From contig CM120640.1 of assembly GCA_051362555.1 (NCBI GenBank), positions 43,750,788 to 43,814,787 on the forward strand: 64,000 bases of DNA, given 5' to 3'. Shown here one piece after another: positions 1-13,930 of this stretch. Source of the stretch: Lingula anatina (lineage: Eukaryota > Animalia > Brachiopoda). Position 1 is the stretch's first letter. Each line of letters opens with the position of its first letter. The notes under the pieces are model-generated. The model saw only the letters and a program-made list of their open reading frames with translations, had not been told where the DNA came from and made no database searches. The translations under genes and the position numbers were made by a program.

Positions 1-3000
1 CGACCTTAAACGTGCAAGATCCAGGTATTCTACGTTTATACATTAATTTGTTTGAAAATACACCGTAAAAATAGAAACGCTTTTGCTACAAGTAGGTTCT
101 ACATGTAGTCACTGAATATAAACACATTAATCCCTCCTATCTATTCGTTCACACGCTTGTGAACAGAAATTAGCCAAATGTTTAAATAATTTTGCCTCAA
201 TATATATTTGCCAGCACAGGCACCGCACACCTGAGCGAAAAACTTGAGAACAGCGGTGGGGAGGTTGTCCTAATTAGCATAGCAAATAAAACATTAACGT
301 CTAATTGCCCATTAGCCCTTCCCATCATGACTTTAAGAGGTGATGCAGGTATTTCGCTCCACCCGTCACGGGCGGCTGGTCGACCGACCGACTGGTGTCT
401 TGCTTGCTTCAAGAAAATCCAACTGAAACCCACTGAAAGGCATTTGATCCGCCTCGTAGCACCTCCGGTCCACCGCCTTGACAGCCGCCTCAAAAAAGTG
501 TATTCATTGCGAGATTGACGTCGCAACATTTGAAACCGATGTCGGCGCGATAGGTCACACCTATGCGCTCGCTCAAGTGCGAGACGCTTTGATCCGCGTT
601 CCGGGCTCATGATGACGAACGTAGTTAAAGGCCTAAAGGAAAAGACATACATGCATCCCTCTTTGTCGGTAGAGGATTTGATTATGTGTCCCCCAACCAT
701 GAATTTCAAAGCCCACACTACAGCTCTCTGCCTTCAGAAAAACCTATGCATTGGCACGTCCCTGCTCCCAAGTAACGACTTGGAACACTAGCGCTTGATA
801 CTCAATGTACCCTGTACACGACAACATGACGGCTGGAGACATTTCACACTCCAGTATACAGAGACAGTCGTCTATCCGCGGTGAAGTAATGTCGAGGGTG
901 ATCTTTTGACACATTAAACAACTAAGCGGCGACAGAAGGATATTATTTATTGTGGTTATTTTTTGTTGGTAACAACTGATGATTCGTGGACCTATTTTGG
1001 TGTGTTTTGCTGCTGATTGCCGCTTTGAATATGTACATTATAAAGCAACTTTATACCCGCCTAAAGAAGTACACGTGAAAAAAAATCATGAAAGATAGGG
1101 GTCAAATAACTCGGGAGGGATGCAAAGTTGTTTGTAATACCACAGAACAACCTTTCTCGCCTCACGCACCTCTGTTGGCCAGTACCTAATCTGACGAACA
1201 AATAATCCGGTTTTTCGTTGGACACAGAAAGTAACAATACAGCACTCTGAATCTTCTCGGTTTGAAGAGGATTAAAGCCTGTGAGAGCTTCCAATTTGTA
1301 CTCATCGTGAGTGCAATCAGGCCGAAAAATATTGTCGCCGAACAATAGCGTATTGAACGAGGGACGGGGGAGAGAGGGGCCCATTGATTGCCAGTTCCCC
1401 TGGTGACTATTGGCACTTTATATCAGACATTGCTATTTATGTCAACATCCAGTGACACGTCGCCGTGTACACAAACGGGGCACTTTTCACACCTGGGTCT
1501 CACCTGCTCAAACATAAGCAAATTAACTATTTAATTGCCTCCTTCATAAGCATACTTGGCGCAGCTCCCTTGACTAATGTCTCCCTAACCCCTAATGAAC
1601 TCTCGACAGCTCGTTGTGGTTCTGCTGGCACTGATTTCATTTGTCCAAAATCCCCCAAGGGCATGCAGACCTCTTTTTTCTACTTTGCCTACTTATATTT
1701 TCATGCCAAACGTTCTTTGAATAATAAAGGGGTAATTTTCACGTTGAGTTGCTGCAAGTTGAATGCAGACTTCCGTCGAGTTGACGCTTTTTAAATCAAA
1801 CTATTTCTTTCTCGTGTTTACTTAAATGCAAAGTCTACGCGTCCCAAGGGACTTAGTAAAATATTTGGCCTGTATTTCACACCTAACTCCACAGTGTGCC
1901 AGAGCAAAGCATAAACGCCTTCAGTCATACCAAATCATAAACAACCGTCGACATAACAAGAATGTATTTTACGCCTCTAACAATTTGACCCGGGATATAT
2001 GACAGCCGCATATTGATAAGCTAGCTGAGAGTTGGCCTCTAGATGTAACCACTACCACAAAGCACCAGTTGCTTGGGAACTTTAAGCATTGCCCAGTGGG
2101 GTCCAGTTAGAGAGTTTATTGGATTTCTCCCTGTAAGCCGGGAGCGGTTTCGAGCCCGATCAATGTTATTGTGGGGAGCATTACGGGCTACTAACTGTGC
2201 CTTTGTCTGCCTTTTCTAAAGGGAAGGCTTGCAGGGCTTTTGTGTGCAACGGGCCCCAACATCTCATCGATTGGTGGCTGTGAAGCTTTTCTCAAGCACT
2301 TGTATGCGAAATGAGTCCAATTTTAAGTCTGAATTTGGCTTCAGTGCCGAGCACTTACTCAATCACCGACCGAGCTATGCTTGGACGAGCCCGCTCACTC
2401 ACCTGAATTTCCCACCATCTGGTCACACCAAATACACCTTTACATTTTATTGTGCGACTACATGCACCCAAACATCACAACGCCAGAAACAAGCCTCCAT
2501 GTCCTGACGACCTTTATGAAAAATAAATTGGAAAACTATTCTTTTCACTTCCATCGATCCAAACCCCACGAGTTCGACTTGATACCTTCCACACTTGGTA
2601 CCGGAATATGATCAATAATACTTAAATGCCGCATGCGGTTTTCCCTTTTTTTTCGGTCCTAATTTAATGAGGTCGGGGTTTTAAAAAGTGAAGAAAACCC
2701 CAAGTCGTCTTGAGCTATATGGAGCCAAGGCAACAAGTTTACCAATTAATGTTACAAGTGCCAAGTTTTCCAATGACATTTAACCTATTTGGTGTTAAAA
2801 GTAATGAGTGAATAGCACACCCAAAAACCCTAGCTGGGATTAATTAAACTGGATGTAGAAAGCCTGAAAGCAAATAGGTCTGGTCCTTCAACGATTTATT
2901 TGGAAAATATTCCATTTCTAGGCTGCAGCATTCTGTGTAAACTGCAACCGAGTTCGATCTATACACGATCTCATATAAGGACGCCCATTGTCCAACAGTC

Positions 3001-4788
3001 AACTTGGAAACTGTGGACACCAAAATATCGTTCGACTATGCACATGACCCATATGACCACGAAGTTTCTTTAGACAAATGTTACACCGATCACTCTTAGC
3101 CCAACGGAGTTAAAAGGGAATTAAGATGGGGATACAGTTGCCTATTTGCAAGAGGCCTATATACTTTTCCTGTGTAAGTCTGCAAGGGACGACCGAACTT
3201 GTCTAAACTGAAAGCTACTATAAGTATTAAGTAAACTATCCTCTCCATAAGGTTACTTGTCATCCCCATCTCCATCCATTCCACGGGACAGCTAGGCTAT
3301 CACGATATCTGTCAACTGGAGCCATCTCCACGTTGCAGCCCCTACAGCCACACGCTCCACATACACCTCTTCTGATATGAATTCGCTCTGATCACTATTG
3401 TAAGAGGATTTGGAGATTTTGACAATTTAATATGAGACATGAACTAAAATAAAGATCCGATACTGCAACTAAATTTATAATAAACAAACAAAGCAAGCAG
3501 AATATAAAACATCAAGAAGAATGAGTGTCTGCGACATTACTGAAAATCGAAATAGTGCAATATGAAATCGTATAATCTGTGATGTCACAGACACGCATCA
3601 TCCCCGTTCTACTGATTATTTTCTAGTAATCTCACGGGAGAATACTTAAGACCGGGATATTAGCTTTAACTCTGAACCGATCTATCTGGCATATGATAGG
3701 TTTCGATTTGATTCTCTCCCTTGGGCTACAACTCATTTTTGCACGCACCAAAAGTGGAAAACTAAGGCAGCTATGCGTCATATTAATTTCTCCAAACAGC
3801 TGGGGCAGGCTGAACTTTCATTCTTACTTGATCGAACCACCCAGTTGTTTTCGAAAACTGAGGTAGACTTTAGGACGAATTGATACCAATTTATCACTCT
3901 CTAAAGTGCTAGGATCCGCAATTTAGGTTTTCTTCCAAAACTACGGCACATCCATGTGCAAAATATTTAACCATACACATTAAATACGACTTTCTTTTCA
4001 TGCCAAGATGCTGTCATTATCAACTTAGGCAATTATCGCACAAGAAATGAAGGCAAGCCCTTTCTTTAATAGAAGCGGTTATCGGACAGGTCAAACTTGT
4101 CCATGGCACGTGAAAAATGACCAAACAAAGGACACCACAAGGTGTAATTACGGACAAACAACCCTCGTAAGGTTCTTTATTTTACATCGTACGTTCGCAC
4201 TCCAACGAGCACGGTTTCTCATTGAGAGAATAAGTTAAAATGGCGACACAAAAAGTAATGGTGGATTTCTACACGACTGGTAATGCGCATACATCATTCT
4301 ATATGTGCTTTCGCGTCAGAGTATACTACTGCAAACAAAAGTGTTATCTAAGGCGAATCCTCCGCGGACTAAGTTGACGACAAGAGAACCAATGAAAGTA
4401 AACACTATACACTGATAAGCCAACCGGTGGCATTAGAAGACCGAGATTGAAAAATAAAGCTAGTGGCCTGTGTGGCCTTGCTAATACTAGATATTTGTTA
4501 ACTGAGGACTGAGAAGTAAAAGATCGCGCATTAAAATTTACCCTGATGTGTTAAACAATGTACAGAAATGCAATATAAAAAATTTTCACTTTGTACAAAT
4601 ATGTGACATGAACTGTAACACTTAAAGTATATACAAATGGGCAATTACTGCTATGTGATGACACTGGACTCGCATTTACATACATACATTTCTATATACA
4701 GACTGGTTTTCAGTGGGAAGTGAAATGGTCGATTTTTAGCCACAGAAGACGCATTAAATTAATCCATTTTCACTATTACTTGACAATG

Positions 4789-7700
4789 CTACCGCACGAA
4801 GTTGAATTCATGTGTTGTGAAAATAATCCATAAACTTAGGGCAAAAGAAAGAAACGTCCGAAACTGAAGAAACGTCCTTGAGTCCGTGGAAGGACTGCTA
4901 GAGTATACTTTGTCGTACTCGGCTAAATCTGTTCTATTTTTCTGAGTCTTCCTTGACTCTGGGTAAAGTCGACTGACGTCTTGCAGGGCCACGTCAGCCG
5001 CAAGAGAAAAATTAGTGTCGCCCGTTGTCATAAGATCAAACACGCATGAATCGAAATAAAAATCCACGACGTTCGATGTCCTGCATTTGTTTATGGCGTC
5101 CTCTCGACTCATGGCAAACCCGTTTTTCGTATCACTAGTGCTCTGTTCAGATTTTAGCCTACCTCTTTTTGTGGCTAAATACTTTTTGTAATTTATCCTT
5201 TCACTCAGCGGGCATCCTTGAAGGCACAAGTTCAACCCATCTTGGTTGTTTTCTCTCGTTCTGTTCACCAACTCCTCTGGCATACGAAGAGAGAACGTGA
5301 AGTAGCGTCCGATCTGGCGCACAACTATCGTGGTATCAATGTAGCGTACGTAAATCTCCACATGTTTTCCTGGGTCTTTTTCTAAAATTTGCACACTTTT
5401 CTCGACCCCGAAATGCCACCTTCCATCGTCAAAGGTTGCTGGCAGGTAGTTGGTTTGAGCTTGGTAAAGTACGTACTGGCTTGGCCCGCACTCTTCTATT
5501 CTATCGTCACTCTTGATTACGACGGTGAGCTAGAAAAGAAATTGGAAGTAGATCTTAAAAATACTTCTCTTGAAAATGAGCTTCTTTATTGAGTCCGTTA
5601 ACATCATAACGAGTTACCAAAACCCGTCAAGAAGACTCCTATTATTATAAATATTCAACAAAATGAAACTGTTATAAAACATTGAACGATTCAATGACAA
5701 ATCCTTGAAAACGGTCACACAATATAAAATCTTAGGAGGATTGTGAAGAGGCTATAGCTTATTTCTTACAAAATTTGCGTGCATACGGAAAGGGGGGGGG
5801 GGGGGTGAGAGAGGAAACCCAGCATTTTATTTATTAAAACAACACTATCCCAGTCCCCAATTATAATCTATAAATACAACCCAAGGAAGTTTTTCTTTGT
5901 TTTGGTTGCTGGCGTTGTCAAAAATGCGTGGAGTCCAGATGGTCCCCTGCTTTAATTAACACCAGGACTGAAACCGATCCACCTGAGATGTGAGCCCAAT
6001 AATTGGCATACTGTCGGAGAGATCTGGTCAATTTCTCATCAAATCCAGGTGGGGTCGCTTTATATTTACAAATCACAAGTTCGGGTCATTAGGGTCCCTT
6101 AGCAAAAACAAATAACAGGCTCTAATGAGTGGGAGTCGTACATGGCTAGTTAACCCAAGTCCAAAAATCCCCGACAAAGGACTCTTTAATATGGTCGAAC
6201 CATATGGAAAAGCCGGACACATTACTTAAACGGCGGTCCCACTGGGGTGAAGAGGTACTCATCCTTACACATTCTCCGGTGGCTTTTAATTACCAGTGTC
6301 AACTGTAATAATATAGCGAAGGGGCGAATTAATTATGTGATATTTAGACAAGAAGTGAAAACATGGCAGGGCCTTTGTTGAACTACTTAGCATTCTATTT
6401 GTTTAAGAAACAAGGGAAGTGACCGCCATGTTGGAAAAGGTGGTTCATATTTATAGCAGGAGAGCAGGGAACCCGAATTCGGCGTTTATATTTTGGCTTT
6501 ATCGATCGCTTTTTCATACCGTTACGCACAACCAGTTGTTGGTAGTGGTAGCATGAAATATATCCAGTTCATGCATAGCTTTCACAAACCGGCACATAAC
6601 ACCAAATGAGAGACATTGGGGTGGCTGGGTGACCTGCCTAAGTGGCATAGCGAGAGCCGAAAATCCCCCGAGGTCCTGTTTATATAGTACAATTGCAGTC
6701 TCAGTACAAAGCCATAATGGATGTATTGAACAGTGTGTGTTTAAGGCGACCTTATTAAATGTTAGGTATAAAGTGGCTTGGTTTCATATGTTGACTGGGC
6801 CTGCCATTTCCACCGTTTACACGTCGCAACTAAAATTAAACACAGCTTCGCATGGGGCGACATTTTAATGACCGACTTATCAGAAATTAATTCACTCTAG
6901 ATAATCTGACGATACATTTTGTACGAGATGAGATACATTACCTTGCTAGTGGCTGTTGCCGATCCGTCTTTAACTACTGGATCATTGGTTACTTGTACAG
7001 TTAAATAATCATTGTCTATGAGGGGCCAGGCTCCCTGAACTTTACACGTTTGGTAGTCGTTGTCGAACGTCCTTAAATGTGGATCTCCAAATAATCCGCA
7101 GTGTCTATAAACGCGTTCTCCATTATACGAACACACTTTGGCTGGAGTTATTGGTGGGGTGACCGGCGGTTTCACTCCGCCTTTAAATACATCTCCCTTT
7201 TCCGAACAATTATATCCTTTCATTTGGCGCTCGACCATCTCTCGAACGCTGTAAAACTGTATATTGCCCGAGCACGCAGCTCCAGTGATATTTTTCACGC
7301 ACACAAAGTAAGTCCTGAGCTGCACACATCTTGCCTCACGTTGGCTGTATTTCCCTGCTCCGTCCCCCAGGACCTGCTGTGCTGCCATGTAAAGATTCCA
7401 ACATCCTTCCGTTGCACAACTCTCTCCCGTCGTTCGAGCTATGAGAGAAAAAAGGACGAAAATCCAGGTTAAAATACATCCATAACACTCACGCATCTTT
7501 CATCCTCCTCTACTCTAAACTCTGCTCTTAACACAGCAGTCGGTGCCCCCCATTTTCTAGCATAAGTAGGTTAGTTATGGCCGACTCATTAAAGCTCGAG
7601 TTACACGAGGATTTCTGATTAATCAAAGTTGATCTCGATCGGTTTCTAACTGGATGGAGTAATAGTTACCTGTACAAGCTAAGAGTCCCAGCAACAGCAG

Positions 7701-7809
7701 ACACCCGATGGAAGGCATAGGGCACCAGGCGCCCATTCCCGGCCATGCAGCTCTTGAAGGTCTCGTCGTTGTTGTATTACTACTTCTACTTCTTCTGGCT
7801 GGATACGCT
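4789..7809 (-). CDS. RGM: Repulsive guidance molecule (RGM/hemojuvelin family), GPI-anchored BMP co-receptor/neogenin ligand; three coding exons
   Basis: Exons 7809-7670 (acceptor catgtccacag, donor ACAG|gtaact), 7438-6942 (acceptor ttttctctcatag, donor AAG|gtaatg) and 5529-4789 (acceptor ttttctag, stop TAG) join in frame. The product has WPGMG followed by a hydrophobic signal (CLLLLGLLACTA), a Cys-rich N-domain, the autocleavage motif CGLFGDPHLRTF, TCKVQGAWPLIDNDYLTVQVTN, KHVEI, LCLQGCP, DFYFDSCVFDLMTTGD and a hydrophobic GPI-signal tail. Length is 434 aa from the ATG at 7736. Confidence 0.95.
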
Positions 7810-7874
7810 CTGTGGACATGAAAAAAGAATAAATTCTGGTCAGCCATCAATCATAATGACACCAGATCAATAGG

Positions 7875-8290
7875 CTTTTGATTGGTAAAAGCCTCTGCCT
7901 CACAACAGCATTGCTCTGGGTGAACTGCACCCGCCATGACCAACTCGCTTGATATTATCGCTCGCAATAACGCTCTGCTGCTACACCGTCGCACATCGCT
8001 AACAAGTAACGATTAGGGCTTCTCGAAAACTAGGTCAGGAGGAGGGGCCTCGTAGTAATACAAAACCACGTCGAGCATTCCACTCCGCCCCCTATTGCGA
8101 AGTGATTGCCAGTGTGCAGATCGTGTATCAGCGCCGGCTGTCAAACTAGATTGCCAATAAACACTTAAGAGCGCGCTCTGATTGGTTGACCCCTTAACAA
8201 TAATCGCGCTCTACAACCAGATTTTCCTAAAGATAGGCAACCCAAAATAACACACTGCTTTGTGTGTCCACACACAATACACCAATCATA
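7875..8290 (-). promoter_or_regulatory. Cluster of CCAAT boxes and a GC box upstream of the RGM signal-peptide exon (possible internal promoter)
   Basis: TGATTGG at ~7880 and ~8180, CCAAT at ~8154 and ~8282, and CTCCGCCCCC at ~8083, in CpG-rich DNA. Confidence 0.3.
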
Positions 8291-11200
8291 GGCTGCTTAC
8301 ATTATTAAATCGTGCGAATTTCTAATTGAATGACTTCGCTTCCAGTTTTGTGCTGCCGTGTATTGGGGAGTCCGAAGCGTGAATAACAATCTCTTTTCAG
8401 CCCAAGGGGACTAACACTCAGTCCGTGGTTGACATATTTAAGAGCGCAGGTGAGCTCTACGTGCCAAAGAAATCATTTTTAATATTGGGATATCTGTGTT
8501 TGCCCATGCGTGCCCCCTGCCTGATCTCACTGATAAATCATGATCCCAGCGACACAAATACGTGAGGAATCGATCTGAGAGCGACTCGAACAACTTGCCC
8601 CGACTGAAACTCAAATTTCTATCGCACTGAGGAGATTTACAAAAGCTCGTGGTGAACTTTATTTAGTATGCGTCGTCAGAACTTGGAGAGAATCGAGCTC
8701 TATTGTTCCCAGCATGCTGCCAGTTTACTATTGTCCGAGCTCGGCTTTAATTTTCACTACTCAATGCACAGGAACAACCAGGTATAATGCCGGCTGGTGT
8801 CAGATGTAGATTACCATTTGAAAACGACCCAATCATCCCCTAATACCCTAGCCTTTATCCTAGTGTCAGCTTCGTTTGACCTCAATATCACTGCGAAAAT
8901 AAATTGTTTTCACACACATTTGCCAATTAAAATGCTAATTACGTCACATTTGACACGTTTTACTCCCCAAAAATAAACACAGCATCGGGACGGGGTGCGA
9001 GGACGTATTAGAGCAGCTTTATATTTGGATTAGAAAAACAACGCCGTCAAATGTCACCGAGCCACGTCAAAATCGATATCTCGTTATAGAAAACAATACA
9101 TGGAATTGTGCTCTTCGACGTTACTTTCAGTAACATATGCCGAGTGCTAACACGACGAAGCAGCATTTTGTCACGATCGGCTTTGCCAACCATCTCCTTC
9201 AAAAGTCCTTAAAAATCTGCAGAAATCATTTCGGAGAGAAATCACAAACGTCCCCATTCTTTTAGAAGTGTGATTTAAAACTCTATCCGCGCGAGGAAAG
9301 CACCCCCATTCTTTAACCACCAGCACTCCAAATATTTTTTTTCAATTCAAGACAGAGCCTCCCTCGGTCTAATATCGACTTAAAGTAGGCTTAAGTCTTC
9401 TACTCAAGACACCCAGCGCCACACTTGAGGTGAAATTTAAAACTCAAACAATTCCTCTTCTGCTGAAATAACTTAAGTATCCACAGAAGCGATTGAAAAG
9501 AGGGTAAATAGACAAACACGCCTTAGATTCTCCTCACTTCTATAAGTAAATAATTCACAAGTTATGTCCTACTCGATGCATCAGGCTCGCAAATAAAGCT
9601 AAAAAAGGAGAAAACAATATCGACAAGTACAATAGCCCCTTAAAAATCTCAAAACCCTTATCCAGAACGCAATAACAGCTAAGTGATAAAATCATTATGT
9701 CAAAGCGAATTAGAATGGAATTTCGCCATGGTAATAAAAACAAGAACAAATTATACAGGATGCTTGCTGATTCACGGTGTCAACAACATGTGTCCAGACT
9801 TGGGTCTCCGTCACTTGAACTAACGTTTGAAACGTTTAATCACACATCCTTCTTTTGAACTACTTCCGAGAGCGATCGCCCGATGGCTTGGTTTCCTCAC
9901 ACATGGTGCGGAATTCGCCGACCACGCTTTCAGAAGGTTTCAGCGCGCTAAATCAAAGGGTTTGAATGAAACGGAGGAACCGCAGATGGGTTTCTCGGTA
10001 TCTTGTCCAGTTAACTGTCAACTCACCATGAATCTCGCCGACTTTGTGGCCGGTTTCTTCGTAGATGTGAACAATTCAAATGCCATGCACGGGGCGCGAT
10101 AAGATATCTGGGAGATAGGGAGGTGTCGGATAGCTATTTGCTAAACAAATCCAAATTCATCGGCTTAGGCTCAATATTGACTCAACTGGGACTGAACTCC
10201 ACAAAAACGGAGGAAAGTCACGTCGATACAACAAGTCGGGATCAAAGCCGCCTGATAAAGTGCTGGCCTGCCTTGTGCTGATTGTTGTATCTAGAAAGGT
10301 CAGGCGCTCCACTTGATATAGGAATGTCTATGCATACAGCTTCACACCTTGGTCTGCCTGTGTGTGCAATGTTTTCTTAACAAAATAAGTTAGTTTTTGT
10401 CTACATCTGCTTAAGCTGCACACTCGGCTCACATGGGAATATTCAAATCTTCATTATCTACTTCAACAGCTCCTTTCTTTCTGTTTTTTCATTCCGCGAA
10501 TCTTTTCCCGGAAACCCCGTGAGTTTTTCTCTCCTTAACTAAACACAGGCCGTGTAAAAAGTCAAAAATCCATTGGTACATTTAAGCTTAGAAAAATAAA
10601 TTGATATAACTATTATGCTACATTCTCTGAACGCCTGAAAGACAATATCCATCCACTCCTCAATATCGACTTTGTTCTTTTTTCAGTCTGCAGTCAATTT
10701 TACTTAGAGAAAAACCTACATGCGTTATTATCTCTTTCAATAAATAACGATTCAATGGCCCAGCAGTTTTATGAGCTTGCTGGTGTTCATTAACACAGAA
10801 GACACCCTGTTATTGCTCCACAAAACAGTAGCTCGGCTCTAAAATCATCACTAACAATAAGCATCGCTATCAACTCGGATCGGATAAAGATTAAGGAAAA
10901 GAACGTTGAAATGAATTTCACGCCTGTCGACTCCCACTAAGTTCAGATTTCGTAGATCAAAACAGAAATAGCGAGGAAGTAAGGAAAACCCATCACTGTA
11001 GCGGCAGCTGCTAAGAAATATAGCACCGTAACAAATTAATGCACTGTGAGGTCACAGACGTAAAGGCAAATGGTATAAAAATATCGGTATATTACAAGGA
11101 TGATGCCTGAACGGAAATCTTGTATCTTGACTATGTTCCATCCATATCAAAGCAAAAGAAAACAAGTGCAAACATAAGAACCAAAGAGAGATATAAATAC

Positions 11201-13622
11201 ATACCGACCACCGTGACTGAGAAGCCGCTTGTTCTTTTCTGACGACTAAAGATTTATCCTAGCTCATATAACCCCACTATAAGTCCAACGTTTTCAAACA
11301 ATTTTCTTTAATTAATAGTGCGCCAGCTGGGAGGGGAGGAGCAAACGCTGATCAATTCTGTATCTTTCTCACTTCATACTCTGAGCGTCACTTTAATTAA
11401 ACTTCTCCTTTGAACGGTTATGAGATTTTGATTAGAGCGCATTATTCCAGCGTTAATAAAGAAGAAAAGACCAGCTTTTTTTAGGCGAGAAAAACCATTC
11501 ACCATTATTTGCGTTCTCTCACAAATGGAAAACGAAATAAGACAGAAAGGGCGAGGGAAAAAAAGATAAACCAATCAAACTAAGTTACTAATAATGAAAA
11601 CAATCCCGTCTTTCGCACCTTGGCCAAGAAAAAAGCCAGCAGATCAAAGGACGCACGTTTCGCGTCGCACACCTGCATGGGCCCCCGAGGTGGGCGCTTT
11701 AGTAGTCCGTGTTGTGCATCCTAGCCAGAGGGATTTAAAGACTAGATTAGAAAATTACACTATCTTTTACCTCATTCAATGGGACCTCCCCTCGAGCAAT
11801 GAAGTAAAAACCCGGATCGCTACCAACTATTTAAAAGAGGCTTTTCTCCCCTGCTGAATACCTAATCATCATCTCCGTTGCATCATTAAGACGTGTTGGT
11901 ATCAATAGGGCAGAGACACCTTGGCAAGTAAATGAGACTCCTTAACAATCAAACATTTAATTAGATGTTTTAATGAGCTGTAAGGCAAAACTTGTTCCTG
12001 TAATTAGCGACAGAACCCATCTATTTTCTGCGAAATTACGCACTGCTACCAACAGCGATAACACGGACAGAGATTCATTGTTTTCGCACCCTCTGTCAAC
12101 CTGGTCTCCGATGTAGAGAAAACAACCGGCCATGTGTTCGACATTTTTGAGCTGGTACACTCCCCATACATTGGATGGCGGCCAATGCTTCTTGGCGATC
12201 ATGCTTTTAACCGGAGCACTAACTCAGCAAGATCAGTCATTGTCAGAGCGACTAATTTACCACGCTGGCATCAAAATGTGCAAAACCGTTCTTGATATAT
12301 TCCCTCGCCTCCAAACACAATTTCCTTGAGTTAAGACTGTGAGACATGTATCTAATAATGGATTTTGAAAGAAAAAAAATAATCACTTTGTAACTGAAAT
12401 TTATAGATGTCCTCATTACGCATATATGTCAACACAGCTTCCGAGACATTTGTCATTTACAAGATTATGAAAAAGAATCTCACATACATGAAAAAAAAAA
12501 AAAAAACCCTCACAAGACGTTCTTTCATCGACCCTCTTTAATACAATTTTCATATTGAAGTTTGCGTTTCTCTACAAATATAAATTCTGTCAATAAAAAC
12601 CTCATTCCATTCCAGTTGCGATATGGCCAGTTTCCGTCCGCTCATGTGGATTTGAGGGCTGCAGTAAACAACTAATCTCACGCTAGGGTTAAAACCATCA
12701 ACTTATTATCTGTCTCAACACCTGCAACTCGCTTCTTATCATTTCGATCCTGCTTTTATTGCGGGCCCCCTTATGTTTAAACATACGGCCCTTCAAATGG
12801 ATTCTGACTATAACACCACTATCCTCATTGCTGTCAATTATGATTAATACATTGAAACGTGAGCGTGGTCTAATTGTGACGGCTTTGATGTGTTGAGAGC
12901 AGTTCCTCACTGCCCCTATCACTGACCCACTATTTTTTCACCTGAGTTCGTACTTTTAAACTTGAAATACGCAAACTTCAATATGAAAAAAAAAAACAGT
13001 ATTTTGACTGGAGTTATGATGCCGTGGTTACCACCAGCATGCTCGCCGTTAGCCCGCTACGGAAGCCGTGGAGTTATAGCGTCATAAGTTAGTTTTTTCT
13101 TACTAAAATAAGTCTGACACTAAGTAAATTAGTGAAAACCCTTCAAACTTTTCACATGTACCCTTTTGATATTTCCCCCCTCCACTTTATAACCGACTCG
13201 TAAATTTGCCTAATTAGTCTTGAAAAATAAATTTAAAACACGCAGAAGATCCTCATCACAGAATTAAAAACACAAGCTATTAAATAAAAGCATAAAAATT
13301 GAAACAAGAAACTTTTCTCTCTTTAATACCCTGTATATTCCAGAGGGGCCTCAGCAGATAACATAACATCCTTAAATAAATCCACTGATATCAACAAACA
13401 TCTAAACTTAAAACAAACAAACAAAAATTCAGGCACCTATACTTCTCAAGGGAAACCTGTTCGGGGGTAGATACCAGATCAGGCTCTGCACATCACTCAA
13501 GTGTTATCGCGAAATACTAATCTAAAAACCTTTAACTTCATGAAGGGAAACAACAGAAACGACCATGTTCGTGACACAGCTAGCTGCGACTGAGATTAAA
13601 ACATCAGAAATCACGACTCTAC

Positions 13623-13678
13623 CTGAAGGAGACAACCCACGTGCATGACGACGTCCCAAACGACCATGACGTCCTCAT
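13623..13678 (-). CDS. RGM: Candidate first coding exon of RGM (MRTSWSFGTSSCTWVVSF-R)
   Basis: ATG at 13678 opens 56 nt ending in phase 2 (TTCAG|gtagag), matching the phase-2 acceptor at 7809. It lies in a CpG-rich promoter-like zone. The donor is suboptimal. Confidence 0.45.
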
Positions 13679-13837
13679 CAGCCGCGTACACCGCTCAGGC
13701 TACCCCTCTCTGTAATATCTCGGGAACATATGGAAGGGGTGGACCGTGGTCCCTCCTCTACAAATTACCGTATCCGTGATAATGCGACTTCCACTCAGAA
13801 GGACGGACTGAGGGGGAAAATGTACTCTCTGACTTAC

Positions 13838-13930
13838 GAAGCGTCTGTAAGCTCTCTCACCGCTCTCTCACTGAGTGTGTGCTACCACTGAACCAGGCCC
13901 CCGGGCTGCTCGAATGACGCCAAGTTTTGC
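13838..13930 (-). promoter_or_regulatory. Putative RGM promoter/non-coding first exon
   Basis: Two TCAGT initiator-like motifs on the minus strand (13870-13874, 13887-13891) followed by a consensus donor TTC|gtaagt at 13837; GC/CpG-rich context. Confidence 0.4.

Noticed and set aside
192-718. Overlapping 108-aa and 173-aa ORFs
   Set aside because: No recognisable domain or clear splice signals; long ORFs arise by chance in this locally GC-richer DNA.
7101-7472. 123-aa plus-strand ORF
   Set aside because: Antisense shadow of the RGM exon, with no recognisable motifs.
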